From Fistulifera solaris (taxonomy: Eukaryota): a DNA stretch of 64,000 nt. The notes below the pieces were generated by a model, which was not told the DNA's origin, did no database searches, and worked only from the letters and a program-made list of their open reading frames with translations. Positions 14,645 to 27,389 of this stretch are shown one piece after another (the stretch's first letter is position 1; every line of letters starts with the position of its first letter). Made by a program: the position numbers and the translations under genes. The stretch spans positions 62,001 to 126,000 of the forward strand of contig AP026149.1 of assembly GCA_030295235.1 (NCBI GenBank). The letters run 5' to 3'.

Positions 14645-16222
14645 TCAATCTTCTTCATCGTGAATGTTTTGAACAATCCGTTGAATGTGTTGCACGATAG
14701 AGCGACGATCATATCTGTTAACAACTAATGCCGCTTCTATGTTGCCTCGGTAGTACGGAGCCCGTATGACAGGTTCTTCTCCTTCTTCATCCGAGGAGTA
14801 ATATTGATAGGTAAAAGCAGTGGTATCTGCTCGATAACCATTGATGCGTTCCCAGTCACTTTCGTTGGAAGCCTCATCATCGTCATCGTCATCGTCATCG
14901 TCGGAGCTCTCATCTGCGTCGTCATCGTCGCCCTCTTCCTCATCTTCCTCTTCGTATTCTTCGTCTTCGCCCTCCTCACTACTTTCTTCTTGCTGACGTT
15001 GGTATTCTCTCAACCGCGCAACCATGGCATGTGCTTCGTCAAGACCCGGCCCTCCATCATCTTCCGCCGATGCATTTTGTGCCGCCGCAGCTCGCTGTTT
15101 TCTTCGCCGCTTTTCGTGCTTCAAAACATCCGCCGAATCCGAAAACCAATCCCAGCGACACATATTCAGAATATAGTAAATGCATTCATCTGGCAACGAA
15201 CTCATGACACAACTATCCCGACGTTGCAAAGCCAACAAAGACCGCGTCGCGTCCCGAAAGGATGGTCCAAATTGGTTGTGGATTTGCGGATTCCACAACT
15301 GATACACGGCTCCGTATTGAATTTGTCCGACGAATTCACGACGATCCCGCCAAGCATTCCCCCATCCCCAAATGGGTATTTGACCAAAGGCGGTGGGAGA
15401 CAAGTGCGCCTTGCCACTGTGAATCGACAAAAACTGGTCCTGGTAACGCGGAACATGCTGCGCAATCCGCGGATCCGAGTCATCGTACACTATGGCATCA
15501 TCGCCACCGCGAGTCGAATGAATATAAATGCCTCGCACTTGACCCGGATACAAAAAGACGGGTTGTGTTAATTCGAGTGTTTGATATCTGGACTGCGATG
15601 GTGCGTGCTTTTGAGCATAAATTTGTGTCCAGTGACGCGGCGTCAAACGCGTCCGGAATCGACCCTGATCATCGACTTGTTCGTCTTCGTTGGTGATCCA
15701 GACCGTCAATGAACCCAATTGACCTCGGACGGCAATCGATTTTAACACAATGTGCTGTACCGGTAAAACTGCTTTGGCTCGAATGGGGAACATGATGCCA
15801 CTGATGAATGAGAGAAAGGTACAGAGATAAGTTTAGGATGAGTAGGATGAAAGCAAGGGATACAAGCATTAGTTTGATACTGCAAATGAAGAGAGACGCC
15901 TTTGCATATTTATAGTGAGCCTTGCTGTTTTGTTTTACAATTCTTTCTTCCCTTTCTTCTTGCACACCGAAGGAGACTGAAAGATGTCGATAACACGAAG
16001 GTCCTTCTAAACATTACTTACCAGAACGTATGATCCTCATTGTCTAGAATCAGGTAATGAAAACAGAAAAAGAGATCTTTTGTTAGTCTTCTAGTCGCAT
16101 CAAAATTGAACACAGAATGCCCGTTTAGAGAACACAGAATATCTTTCTTTACCTTGTGTATCGACGCGGACGGTTTCATGCACTTCGTAAGTTGCAAACG
16201 TAGGTCGATTGAGCGCCGCCAT
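14645..16222 (-). CDS. Hypothetical protein with acidic C-terminus; exons 16222-16153, 16043-16022, 15800-14645
   Basis: GT-AG splicing gives a continuous frame MAALNRPTFATYEVHETVRVDTQ-DNEDHTFC-GIMFPIRAK; long final exon. Confidence 0.75.
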
Positions 16223-17285
16223 TCTATTGTTTATATATTAGAAGAGTCAACTGAGTATTAGAATGGAATAGACGTCTAAATAAGAGAAAGAGAAAGTTGA
16301 CAAGATCGTCAGCACGAACATTCGTGCCTCGGAAGAAGGTGTTCCGTGTTGGCAAAATTGCAAAAAGTATAGTCTCCGTCATGATTTTTTGACGTCACGA
16401 AATGTCATCGAAAACGTATCTCGTCGCCGAGAAGTTCCACATTCCGCATTCCTCGCTTCACCTTTGTTCATTGTCTGAATACTTTGTACACATCTTGCCA
16501 TTGCGTGATGTCTGGTGCCTGGCTTTTTATTCAACATGAATTTAACGAAGTAGATGTAAATCGCCGTTATTGATCATCTTGCTAAAACATTGTTAGCCCG
16601 TCCGACAAAGTCTTCTTGTTGGTTACTAACTTACTAAAGTGCAGATTGAAGGATTCTCCGACTCAAATGAAAGTCAGTCACGGAATGGCTCAATTTATTC
16701 TATATAAAAGATCCTCCTCGATAGTTTATCAAAGTACGACGCAACGTTACATCATGAGGGCTTTTTCTACTTGGTGTAATGTTGGATTTCCTCCACTCTC
16801 TATTGGGTAAGTTGTGTTTCTATAACTTGTATCAGGAATTCGGTTCTCTTTTAGAGATAGGACGTAAGCATAGTAAATTCTAGCCATTTTTTATCTAAAT
16901 TAATGACAGTACCGGGACTTTATGCGCATGTATTCACTCGTGGAATATCATAACGACGTCGCTGTTAAAGTCGCCAGAGTTTTCATAGCTGTTGAATAAG
17001 ACTTCATTGGGGCAGTTGCTGTAAAGTGGTGCTGTTGGCGGTTGCTTTGGGTAAATTACGAGGACTACCCTTTCCTTCTTTCCATTATGCACTTGTCGCG
17101 ACTCTTGTGGCTCGGTACTCGCCTAAAAAAGGTCTTTTTGATGGACTACAGCGACTAAGATTCGTTTCATCAGAACATTGCGAAGTTATTACTCCTGTTA
17201 TATCCAGCAGCCATTTGCAGCTTCTACATAATCCAAAAGTGATGTGTGTCGAAGCAGAAGTTGACTTCAAATGTTCTATTTGTCA

Positions 17286-17900
17286 TTATTTGTTGTCATC
17301 TAATACATGTTCTAAAACAAACAAACTCGGGGTTTCCATCACACGAACTAGTTTTCGATTGGAACCTTCTTCGACAACACCGACCCACAGATATTTCCAC
17401 GATCCGCCACTCGTCCCCGGAAGCCTCTTGCTCGACACGGGTTGTCCAAACACACGAATGGTTGTTTCTTCGAAAAAGACGTCCAGCTGCTTCGCATTCT
17501 TTCGTTGCCGTCGCGCCAGTAACTCGATTTTCAAAGGCCCCCATTCGACTGCATTGATGAAATGAGTGGAATTGACAAAGGTCTGTGTCACTTGACCGGC
17601 CACCTTTCCGAACAGTTTTCCGGAAGACGCACCGGGTGCGCCGGAATACACCAAGCGATGCACGCCCTGCAATGGAACGTCGGCCGGCCGGGGATCGCTT
17701 CCAGATAATTGCTTTGCCGCCGACAACACGTCGTCTTGATCTTTCATGCTTCGAAACGTGCCGACGGGTCCCAATTTACGGGCACTTTCTAGAAAAGGTA
17801 GGATTGCGGTTGATGTTTGCGGTTGTTTCGGAAACGACACCCACGCAGCTGCGTTGCCCAGCAGCAGGGGCAGGATGAGAACTCGGAAAAGTCGTTTCAT
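17286..17900 (-). CDS. Plastid lipid-associated protein (fibrillin/PAP-like)
   Basis: Signal peptide ending AAA-WVS (ASAFAP-like); LVYSGAPGASSGKLFG..GQVTQTF, NAVEWGPL, W.YLW, RVMETPSLFVL. Confidence 0.7.
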   Translation of the reverse strand: MKRLFRVLILPLLLGNAAAWVSFPKQPQTSTAILPFLESARKLGPVGTFRSMKDQDDVLSAAKQLSGSDPRPADVPLQGVHRLVYSGAPGASSGKLFGKVAGQVTQTFVNSTHFINAVEWGPLKIELLARRQRKNAKQLDVFFEETTIRVFGQPVSSKRLPGTSGGSWKYLWVGVVEEGSNRKLVRVMETPSLFVLEHVLDDNK

Positions 17901-18418
17901 TTTTGATCGTCGTGCCACAATACCGCTTTCGTCGACACTCGTTTCTATTTGCAACTTATTAAAAGCTACAAAAGTATTCTCTTTGAATGCAAATTATTCC
18001 TTGCTCTGTTATTGATCAGCATCAATCAATAGCAGCAACAAGTATCATCGTCATCTTTGTTTGAATTGATGGCAAATGGCAGAGACGAGCGCGCATCATG
18101 TACTGGTTACAAGTTACAAGTACAAATTCGGTAAACCTTACAGTACGGTACCGGTACCGGTACTGTACAAAAGTAAGTCAAGGATCATGAATACTGGAGG
18201 AACAGGAACGAACCTCTGCTTGGTACATTTCTCTACGGGGGTCTACGCCGAAGTGGATTTCCTTTCTACAAAGAAACATCTAGCCTTTGGACGCAAGATT
18301 GAACGAGTCGTCCAAAGTCACAATTCACGACCACCATCATTCCTTACAACCAATGTCCCGATTTGCCCATTACTGCTTAAATACTGCGCATGTTGATCAT
18401 ACGATGCCATAGTCGCAT

Positions 18419-18896
18419 TTGCTCCATGACGGAATAAGAGCTCCCACGCAAAGGCTTGCACCATCGTCAATGCCAGCTTACGAAGGATATTCGACACGTC
18501 GATTAACCAGCGAAATTCTGTACCAGGCCGGAGATGATTCGATGCTTTCCGAATACCAATGTACCAATCGAAAAATTGTGGTCTTCGCCGCGGATGAGAA
18601 AGATGTAGAAGATGTCGGTTCGGGCCGTTCCAGATGGATCACAGTTGGACAACGCGCCCACAGCTCTACCGCCTTTCCTACTCGACTCGACGTCCTCTAT
18701 CAAACTGCACAAAACTTGGCCAAATCGCACCTAGAAAAGAATTGCCTTCATATCTCCCAGCCCGTTCGCGAAATGCTGAAAGCACTGCGCATTCAAAAGC
18801 AACCGAGCGGTCAGGGGGAAACAGTATTGGGCCGAAAGTGTTCAGGTTTTAGGCGTTATTAAAGGACAAGGAGGATTGCGATTTGCTTCTCCATAA
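18419..18896 (+). pseudogene. Degenerate copy of the Cys/His domain also found at 43700-44159
   Basis: LSEYQC..RK, FPTRL..LYQTAQNLAKSHL..NC, then GKQYW after a frameshift; the VGxxCxxC segment is missing. Confidence 0.65.
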
Positions 18897-19041
18897 TAAG
18901 TAGAGCTGTGAAATTGTCTGCTGCTGCACAAATTGTAACATTAACAATCCCCATATTGGGGCTGTTTCACAATCGCGGTATCATCTTTTAGTTAAATTGT
19001 CGATTGAGGTCGTGTGGTATGACTTGTTACTCATTGAGTTG

Positions 19042-20547
19042 TCACCTGAGGTCTTGTTGAATCAGCTGTAATTCCGCCATGGCTTGTTGTACCTCTAAAG
19101 GAACATGCGGCTGTTCCATCAAGTAAGCCGCCACTGTATTCAAAGCTTGTTGCATCTGTTGTGCCGTCGAACTCTCATTGCGAATCGTGTGGCGAAAGGG
19201 TGTCATTCCAGGATCACTGTAATCGCGCTCGGCCAGTTGCGTCGAGGCAAACAAGCGTTGACTCACCGAATGGATCTTTTGTGTCAGCAATTGCTCCGAT
19301 GGCTGCACCCATCGTTCTTTAAAAGCCGAAAATGGATTATTGGTGTTGTGCGTATTGCTGTCGTCAGGGTTGTGCATCACCCGCGCTGGTGTCATGGCCA
19401 ATTGGGAAAACGCGTGCGACAAGGGATCCGTCCACGATGACATGTTGGTTGTAGTATTATGATTTGTTACAGTCGTAGTCGTAGGAGACGGTAACAAATC
19501 ATCGACCGATGCGTGTTGCACAATGCGCGAAAACACCGGAATCCACAATTCGAGGGATTCTTCCGGCGCCACGTTCATGAGCCAATGCAACAAATCGTCT
19601 TGGGGCGTCTCCAAAATCCAATCACGATGCAGTAAAAGCCGAGCGACACACAAGGCTTCACAGGCGGTTAACAGTGATGATGTAGTTGTAGTTGTAGTAG
19701 TTGTAGTAGTAGTAGTGGAAGAAGGAGCATAGTACGGAAACAAGACATCCCACAAGGCCAAGACATCGGTCACTTCTCGGGCAAACAATAATCGTATCCA
19801 TTTACAAAAGACCAGTTGCAGGGGCAATCCTTGCAAACGTTGATACACCAAGGGATGATAGTGTTGGATTTGTTGTAACATGCGAGCGGTCATGGGCTGC
19901 AACGATGACTCATATGCGGGTAAGATGGCCGGCAATAGTACCGCCACAAAGTCCAACAGCGTTTGTGCAAAATAGGAATCCCCGGATGTTGTCGTTGTAG
20001 AAGGAGACTTATCTGTTGCATCCACTTCCAAGGCATATAACAGAAAAGACACGACTTCGTGCATTCCTTGTTGATATTCGGTGTGCGTATGACAGAGCCA
20101 CAGAAAGAGAACGTGCGCAATCAGTTGTTTGCGATGCGCCAAACAGCAAACAGTATCGGGATCGGGCAAACGATGTAAGTCCTTTTGTAAAATTTGCCAG
20201 GAAACCGCTCGTTGTTCGGTTATTGTCAAGGATTCGTCTTCTTGACTTTGTTGTCGACGACTACTATTCCTTCGTTTCTGCTGTTGACGATACTGCCATT
20301 GTCGTGTTTGTAAATTCGTTTGTTCTTGCAAGTCTTGCATATACATGGCGGTCAAGGGATCTAATGCTGATGATGAAGTAGAAGAAGGACTCAAAGGACT
20401 CGTTACATGAATTCCTTCTTCTTTGTCGTTGTTTTCATTTTCATGAGGAATAATCGGATATTGTTGCGACAATTCCGCAAACGATAGTGTAGTTGCCGGA
20501 TCTCCAAAAGCTTGACGCCATTGTTGCGTTCTGGACTGTGCTATCAT
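19042..20547 (-). CDS. TBC-domain Rab GTPase-activating protein (TBC1D5-like)
   Basis: ILQKDLHRL (IxxDxxR-like), YQQGMHEV, WIRLLFARE, LWDVLF. Confidence 0.88.
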   Translation of the reverse strand: MIAQSRTQQWRQAFGDPATTLSFAELSQQYPIIPHENENNDKEEGIHVTSPLSPSSTSSSALDPLTAMYMQDLQEQTNLQTRQWQYRQQQKRRNSSRRQQSQEDESLTITEQRAVSWQILQKDLHRLPDPDTVCCLAHRKQLIAHVLFLWLCHTHTEYQQGMHEVVSFLLYALEVDATDKSPSTTTTSGDSYFAQTLLDFVAVLLPAILPAYESSLQPMTARMLQQIQHYHPLVYQRLQGLPLQLVFCKWIRLLFAREVTDVLALWDVLFPYYAPSSTTTTTTTTTTTTSSLLTACEALCVARLLLHRDWILETPQDDLLHWLMNVAPEESLELWIPVFSRIVQHASVDDLLPSPTTTTVTNHNTTTNMSSWTDPLSHAFSQLAMTPARVMHNPDDSNTHNTNNPFSAFKERWVQPSEQLLTQKIHSVSQRLFASTQLAERDYSDPGMTPFRHTIRNESSTAQQMQQALNTVAAYLMEQPHVPLEVQQAMAELQLIQQDLR

Positions 20548-20822
20548 TTCAGGAAGGAAGAATATACGAGTAATACGAGATGGAATGACACTGTGAAGGA
20601 AAGGAGATGAAAACGAACGAATACAAGTACAAGAAGTAATAGCGAAGGCATCCCGTCGTTGCATGTACTTGTAAATAATAATGACAATAATAGAAATACG
20701 TCCAGTACCGCTACGGTACCGTCCCGGTCCGATGGACAGACCTCACATCACGATGGTCAACAGTCAACATGCAAATAAGGTGCCAGAGTGATTCAATTCA
20801 TCAAGTTAGTTAGTAAATTATA

Positions 20823-20926
20823 GTCACTCATTCACTCACTCATTCATTCATGTCGATTCGATTCGATTCGACTTGACTCATTCATTCATTCCTTCCTTCC
20901 TTCATGTCGATTCGACTTGACTCGAC
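20823..20926. repeat. Compound microsatellite (CACT/CATT, TCGAT, TTCC) with a short internal duplication
   Basis: TCATGTCGATTCG...ACTTGACTC occurs twice among simple repeats. Confidence 0.8.
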
Positions 20927-20983
20927 AAGATCTTGTAAAATCCTGCTACTACTACTACTACTACTATCACAACAACAACAATA

Positions 20984-23028
20984 ATGGAAGGCTTTGATTT
21001 TTGTTGCATTGCGTGGAAAAAACGGACGGGATGGACGCCCTTATTGAGTTCTGTTGTGGTGTCATCATCGTTTAACCATTGGATACCCCGCACCGTCGCT
21101 CTCCAGGGTTCTTGTCTCATGTATTTTGAAAATGGAGCCGAAGATGGACCACCCCGGGGTTCCATTGATTTACTACTACAAGATCAACAAATACAATTGC
21201 ATATTGTTCCGCCGTCCTCTGAAGACGATGGACCGACACCACATCAATTGCACATTCAAGCGGTCACGACGAAAGAGAAATCATTGAAAACGAAACAGGA
21301 AAATCGAAGTGGTAGTAGTAGTAGTGGTGGTAGTGCTAGTAGTAGAAGTAGTAATACGAATCTTTCGACACACAAAAGAACCACCTCCCATTCGATTGTA
21401 TGGAAATTCTGTTTCGATCAACAATCTGATTTAATGACATTATTGTCACAAATCCATCAAGTACTCGAACAGGGCGGACAATTTGCCTCGAAATCTACCG
21501 AACGCTTTGAACACGATTTTCACGCGGCCGATCACATTTATCGGTGGGAAATGATTGTGGTACCACCCGTCATTTATCCCATCCAAATTCATGGCATTGT
21601 CTTGGAAGCGGGACGCAATTGTGTCGTCGTGGCGGATTTTGGTCTCACGGGATATTCGCGACAACAGGGGAACGAATTTCATCACGTTGATGACACACAC
21701 AGTATGACCGAAGCCGTCTTGGCGGCTTTCAAAAAGCTACGACCGACGCAACAGGATCAACGATTGCATATATTAACATTGATTGATCCGAAAGAAATTC
21801 GGAAATGGACGAAAGCGGGGTACGATCAAGATAGTTTCTTGTATCAAGCGAAACATCATTCGAAAGCATTTGAAACAGTATCGAGTTGGTTTGGGAAAAT
21901 GCGCATTAAAAAGAGCCACGACCAGAATGATGACAGTCAAAGTAGTTATACGGAAACTTCCTATGAAGGAGATCATCCCGTGGTGAGGATTACGGATTCT
22001 GCGGAGCAGGAATCTTCTCCGAAATCACATTATAAAACGAAACAAGCCAATCAAATACTGCCACAATCGGATCCTCCGGAAATTGTCTTGGAACGGGCGC
22101 ATTTTTTGTTGGAGCACATGAATGTACTGCCACCGTATCATGTCTTTTATTCGAACAGTGAATGCATCGCCGTGTGGTGCAAAACGGGACGGTGGTCGAC
22201 TTTGCAGACAGCGGTCTTTTGAGTACGAATTCCGTCGGGGCCGCCAAATCGAGTACCTTGGCGACGCTGGGAGTGGCGGCGGCGAATCCGCTCTTGGCAC
22301 CGGTGGTGGCGTTGGGAGGACTGATTTGGATTACAGCTCCCATGTATATATTGAAGAAGTCTCGTGAACAGTGGCAACTCATTACGGAGTACATGACGGA
22401 TGTGTTTTGGTCGGCGGCATCGGCGAAAGTATTTGTAGCGGCTATTCAACATTGGAGTGGTTTAGTACAAAAAGATAAACATGGAAATATTGTGGCGGTA
22501 GAGAAGGACGTTTTGATGTTACGTCGACATCGACATCTCGTACGGGAAAGGAAGAAAGTCGAGAGCGAAAGAGGACAGCAAGAGGATGAAAGTGATGGCA
22601 TCGATCTATCAAAAGTGAAGGAACTTTATCAGCTGGATAGCGATGCCGAGGACATGCATGGTCCTCTAGCTCCGCCGCCCATGTCAGCTCCGCCCCCTCC
22701 ACCTTTGGAAGATGAAATTACGCCAAGGAAATTTGACTCGAACTCATCGTCTGCCGATGCCGAGTATATGGCTGCAATAACGGGTGACCAAGCAATGGCA
22801 GCTGCAGTTTCCACACGGACAAAAAACGAGATGCCACCCATCGAATCGAATCCGATTACGACAGCAAACACAAATGGTAAGGCTGAAGACTCGAATATAA
22901 CAGTAGAAAAACAAATGATGGAATCTGTTCCTCCCTTTGTTGACGGCGACGAACCTGTCGACCCGCCCGCAGACACACAGGAGACCCCATCTACCGACTA
23001 CGAAGCGAAAAGAGTCATGATAAGCTAA
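20984..23028 (+). CDS. PH-domain + LRAT-like (NC) domain protein; frameshift near 22219
   Basis: N-terminal W.PR.VALQGSCLMYFE...PRGSIDL; DHIYRW, IHGIV, YHVFYSNSECIAVWCKTG; hydrophobic segment after the shift. Confidence 0.75.
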
Positions 23029-23352
23029 GGGTTCAAAACCGTCCATCTATGTATTCTTTGTACATGTTTTTGTGATTTACCTTGATTTGATTTCGTATCC
23101 GCAACCGTCTTTTGAATCGGCCGTCTGCGCGGACATTAGGGGCTGGTCATACCAATCCGGTGATTCGGCTGGCTGGATTTCTTGACAGTCATGAGAATAA
23201 TGAATCGACGAAACTGATGACCCGTATTTTTTATTGCACTTCATAAACGGAGTAGTAACAAACAACTAGCCTAACCTATTCCGAAGTTAGTTCTTTGTAA
23301 CATGGCTACATTGTATTGTAATATCATGTGTATTTTCATTGAAGTATACGTT

Positions 23353-24642
23353 TTATGCCTTCACTCGTGGATACAATTGACTCGTGGCAAACGCTTGATC
23401 CCATTTCTCTCGCAATACATCAAAAGGTTCCAAACCCACACTAACGCGCAACAAATTCGGTGGCACATGATATTGCGTCGCAAATTCCAATTCATGATAA
23501 TGCGCCAACAAGGTATACGGACACACCAAGGTAAAGTTGGTCCCCAACGATGGTCCCTTGGCCACATCCAATGCATCAAAGAACGTGCGTTGACACATGT
23601 GCGACGACAACATCATGGAAAACAATCCACCATTGGCATGTTCGGATAATCGCAATTGTTGATAATGCGGCGAGGCATCGGGTGCATAAATCGTTTGGAC
23701 CGCCGTATGTTGTCGCAAATATTCCGTCAAGGCTCCGGCCGTGGCATTGATTTGTTGATTGCGCTGCACAAAATCTTGCGCATTGTGCGAAATCGCGTAC
23801 GCATCTGCCACAAAGAGGTCATCATTCGAATGATGTTGTTGCAAATCTTGTTGCATCCATTGACCTTGTGCCGTATTCGGATTGCAGACAATACTTCCCG
23901 CTATGGCATCACCACGTCCACTGACCAACTTGGTTAGACTGGTGCATACGGCATCGGCCAAACCCGTTTGCAACAAATCGACATTCAAACAGTTGGCAAT
24001 GGTATCATCCATAATGAGACAGAAATTGTATTCATTTGCCAATTCCCGAAGTGCGTACACATCAGGACACTGTAAGAGAGGATTCGAGGGCACTTCAGTC
24101 AACAAGGCCGCCACATGCGGACCGTGTTGAAACAGATACTGCCGCAGACTATGCAAATCGGCTGCATTCCCATAACCGAAAAATTCGGTTCCAGCGGGAC
24201 ACAATTCCGGTCTCGAACACAATTTAAGTGTATCCAAATACGGGAATCCGTACACAATGGATCGCCCATTCGTCTGTTTGCATTGTTGCGCAAAACGCCG
24301 TGCCGAACGGAGGGAATGATAAATACTGGACATGCCACTGGGTGTCAAAAAGATGTGATCGGTAGGAACTTGGGTCCATTGAGACAGTTGTTGTTGCAAA
24401 ATTGCATGAGGAGTAGCTGAAGGACACGTGGCCGCATGATGCTGTGATCCACACGAGGTGACTTTTTTGCGCAAAGGAATTCCGAGATCATGTAAAGCCC
24501 GTTCGGCACGACGACTACTGACGACTTCTCCGGTATGTTGCCAATATGCTTTGGCTTCCATCCCCCAGGCCGTTTGTGCTGGAAATAAAACGGCATGAAT
24601 GTTTTGGGCACCCACAGACACGACTTGAATGTTTGTTGTCGT

Positions 24643-24673
<31 letters not shown>

Positions 24674-25111
24674 AAAGTAGTGCTAGTAGCTAAACCCTCC
24701 AAAGAACCAAAAATCCACGCATTATCGGCCACGGCTTTTCCTTCCAACGCTTGTTGCAAAAACGCTTGACATCGTTTGGCGGCTGCCGCGCTTGGTAACA
24801 CCAAACAATCCATCTTTTGTGAAGAATGTTGCTGAACGACGACATCCATCAGTTGCAAGACGTACGGATGATAGACAAATCGTGGATAACCACATTTCAT
24901 TTGTAGGGTAACCGAGGGATCTCCTTCTTCGTAGCCCACGACACTCCCCCCACGTGGGTAAACTGACACTGCAGGCATGTTCATCGGTCGGTAACGGCGT
25001 ACCGAGCGGTTGACTGGTCGTCGGTAGTTGATTGACCGATGAGAAGGACCGTGCAATCGGATAGTGCAGTCTTCGTTGCAGTAATCTGGGTAACAAGCGA
25101 GTAACTGTCAT
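23353..25111 (-). CDS. Cystathionine gamma-synthase (fungal Str2/Met-7 type, PLP-dependent); frameshift near 24950
   Basis: HACSVSLPTW, VVGYEEG, GYPRF, PSGMSSI, GFPYLDT, EVPSNPLL, SLTKLVSG, KGPSLGTNFTLVCPYTLLAHY, LRVSVGLE. Confidence 0.92.
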
Positions 25112-25676
25112 AATAATTGTATGTATTGCTGTGTGTGGCGCAGTGGTGTTGCCGATGATTTAGGTCAATCGGAGATGATCGTGAGACTCACTGCTATTTC
25201 TCAATCGCTTTTCTCGCTTAATCTCTCGATTCTTATGGAACGTTTGATTGTCTTTCAGAATCTTTGAATCCAACTTGACTCGAAACGACTTCGCAGGATA
25301 TGTTACCAGTATACTTCGAACGGCGTAATGAAAGAAACACCCGTCGATTGTCGGTTCGTCGCAATGGATTATTATTATTGGGTGCTTGAAAATAAAAATG
25401 GCGCGCCTTGTTTCCGACGTACGTAGAAAGGACGGGCAGACAGACCATGCACGCGTGTCTGAACATCATCAAATGATCGTACTGGTTCTGAGGACGATCG
25501 CTACTTACAGGATTATGCCGAACATTGCCCGCGCCTATTTTCATTGGCTTCACACACTCTTTCTTCTTCCATTCATTTTCTCTACTACTCCGTATCATTC
25601 ATTGATTCATTCCTTCATTCATTCCTCTACAATATTTGCTGCTTGTGCTCCATTCCTCAATATCATCATCACAACT

Positions 25677-26738
25677 ATGCAGCAGCCACAACAAGAAGAA
25701 TACAAAGACGAGGAGACTCCGCTGTTATTACCTACAACAACAACAAGTACTACAACTACTACTACTACTTCTACTACTCCAATAACCGTCCACCCGCAAT
25801 GGCACGGCCGTGGATGGCTCTTGGGCGTCGCCTTTTGTACGGCACACTCAATGTCACCTTGCGCAGTATTTATGCGCAACCGCATCCTCCTTCGGCCGCG
25901 GCTTTGAGTACCAGTCGTGGTTGGTTGGCCGTGCTGTGTTTTCTCCCTTTGCTCTTGAGACAAAAGACGAAACCCAGTTCCACTATTATTTCGTTTCCAG
26001 CCCTGGAATTGGCGGTATGGAATTTCGGAGCGCAAGGATTGGCGAATATAGGTTTATTGACGGTTCCTTCGGCACGAGCGGCCTTTTGACACAAACCAGT
26101 GTGGTATGGACACCCTTTTATCTTGTCTTGTCAAGAAAAACCATTGTCCCCAACGACACCATTGGTGGGCCTCGTTCGTGTGTGCGTGCGGTCTGGGACT
26201 CTTGTCCTGGAGTCATGCTCCGGAAAATGCTCCTAGCAACAGCACGAGTCATCATGCCTATGGACATGTACTCTTGTTACTGGCCGCCGGTTGTTGGTCC
26301 ATGTACATTGTCCGATTGTCCACCTTGTCCGTAGGACACGAAGAAGTCTCCTTGCAAGCCTGTAAAAATGTCTATTTGGCCACATTGTACAGTCTGTGGT
26401 GGCTCTTGCAATCTATTTTGGAGGAGAAAACACAGTTCGATGCTTCGTCGTCATTGTCATCGTCATCGTCATCGTCGTCGTCGTCATGGTACTTGAATCC
26501 CATCCTTTGGTGTTTGTTGTTGTACAGTGCTCTCGGACCCGGAACGTTAGCGGATATCGGACAACAACACGGTCAATGTTTATTACAAGAAGCAACCGAA
26601 TCAAATGTGTGGTTGAGTTTAGAACCTGTCTTTACGGCACTGTTGGGTTATTGTCTCTTAAACGAACCCTTGTCATGGGTAGAATTGGGGGGAGGTGGTT
26701 TGGTCGTGAGTGCCGCGCTGTGGTCGAGTGGTGGATGA
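25677..26738 (+). CDS. EamA/DMT-family transporter; frameshifts near 25835 and 26085
   Basis: LYGTLNV, ALELAVWNFGAQGL..IGL..VPSARAAF, LLYSALGPG.LA..GQ, SLEPVFTALLG..LLNEPL...GG.LV. Confidence 0.85.
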
Positions 26739-26903
26739 TACTTATTTGTAAAAATGGTTGGTTGAGAGTGTGAATCCAGTAAACAAACGAGTATGATATA
26801 AATAATAGTGATTGCCAAGCGTTTGTATTTTCAACTCGTACGATTTTGTTATTCGAAGAAGAATGATGATGACTTCCATCTGTTATCTACTTGTACTACG
26901 TAC

Positions 26904-27389
26904 TTAGACTACCACCGATTCTCCGACGTGTTTGTACGTGACACTGGAAAGAGCTCCACCACTCGCTTTAAAATCGGCCCACGCTTGATAATGCGATTGT
27001 TGTTTGTGATATTCAATGTCTTCCATGCTGGCATACAATTCATAAAAGATGAATTTGTTGTTTTGCGTAGGATCGCGCAAAACATCGAACCGATGACATC
27101 CGGGTTCTTGACGCGATTGTTCCGCATTGTGTTGCATCATGGGAAGGAATTCTTCTAAACGTGCTGGATCAATTTCGGCATGAACGACAATCGCCCATGG
27201 CTTATTATTATTATTATTATTATTGTTGGCGGCTGTACTCATGTTGTGCAATCGAGTAGTTGTTGCTAGACGCGAAAAGGAAGAAGAAGAAGAAGAAGAA
27301 GAAGGCACAACCAACGCACGAGTTTGCCAAAACAAAGTAGTGGTGGTCAAATAAGTCACCAAAGGTTTTCTCCAAGATAATACGAACAT
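26904..27389 (-). CDS. Antibiotic biosynthesis monooxygenase (ABM/LsrG-like) domain protein with presequence
   Basis: SRQEPGCHRFDVLRD..NKFIFYELY...HKQQSHYQAW. Confidence 0.88.
   Translation of the reverse strand: MFVLSWRKPLVTYLTTTTLFWQTRALVVPSSSSSSSSFSRLATTTRLHNMSTAANNNNNNNNKPWAIVVHAEIDPARLEEFLPMMQHNAEQSRQEPGCHRFDVLRDPTQNNKFIFYELYASMEDIEYHKQQSHYQAWADFKASGGALSSVTYKHVGESVVV

Noticed and set aside
14804..15571. 255-aa hydrophobic plus-strand ORF
   Set aside because: Antisense of the acidic D/E tract in the minus-strand gene
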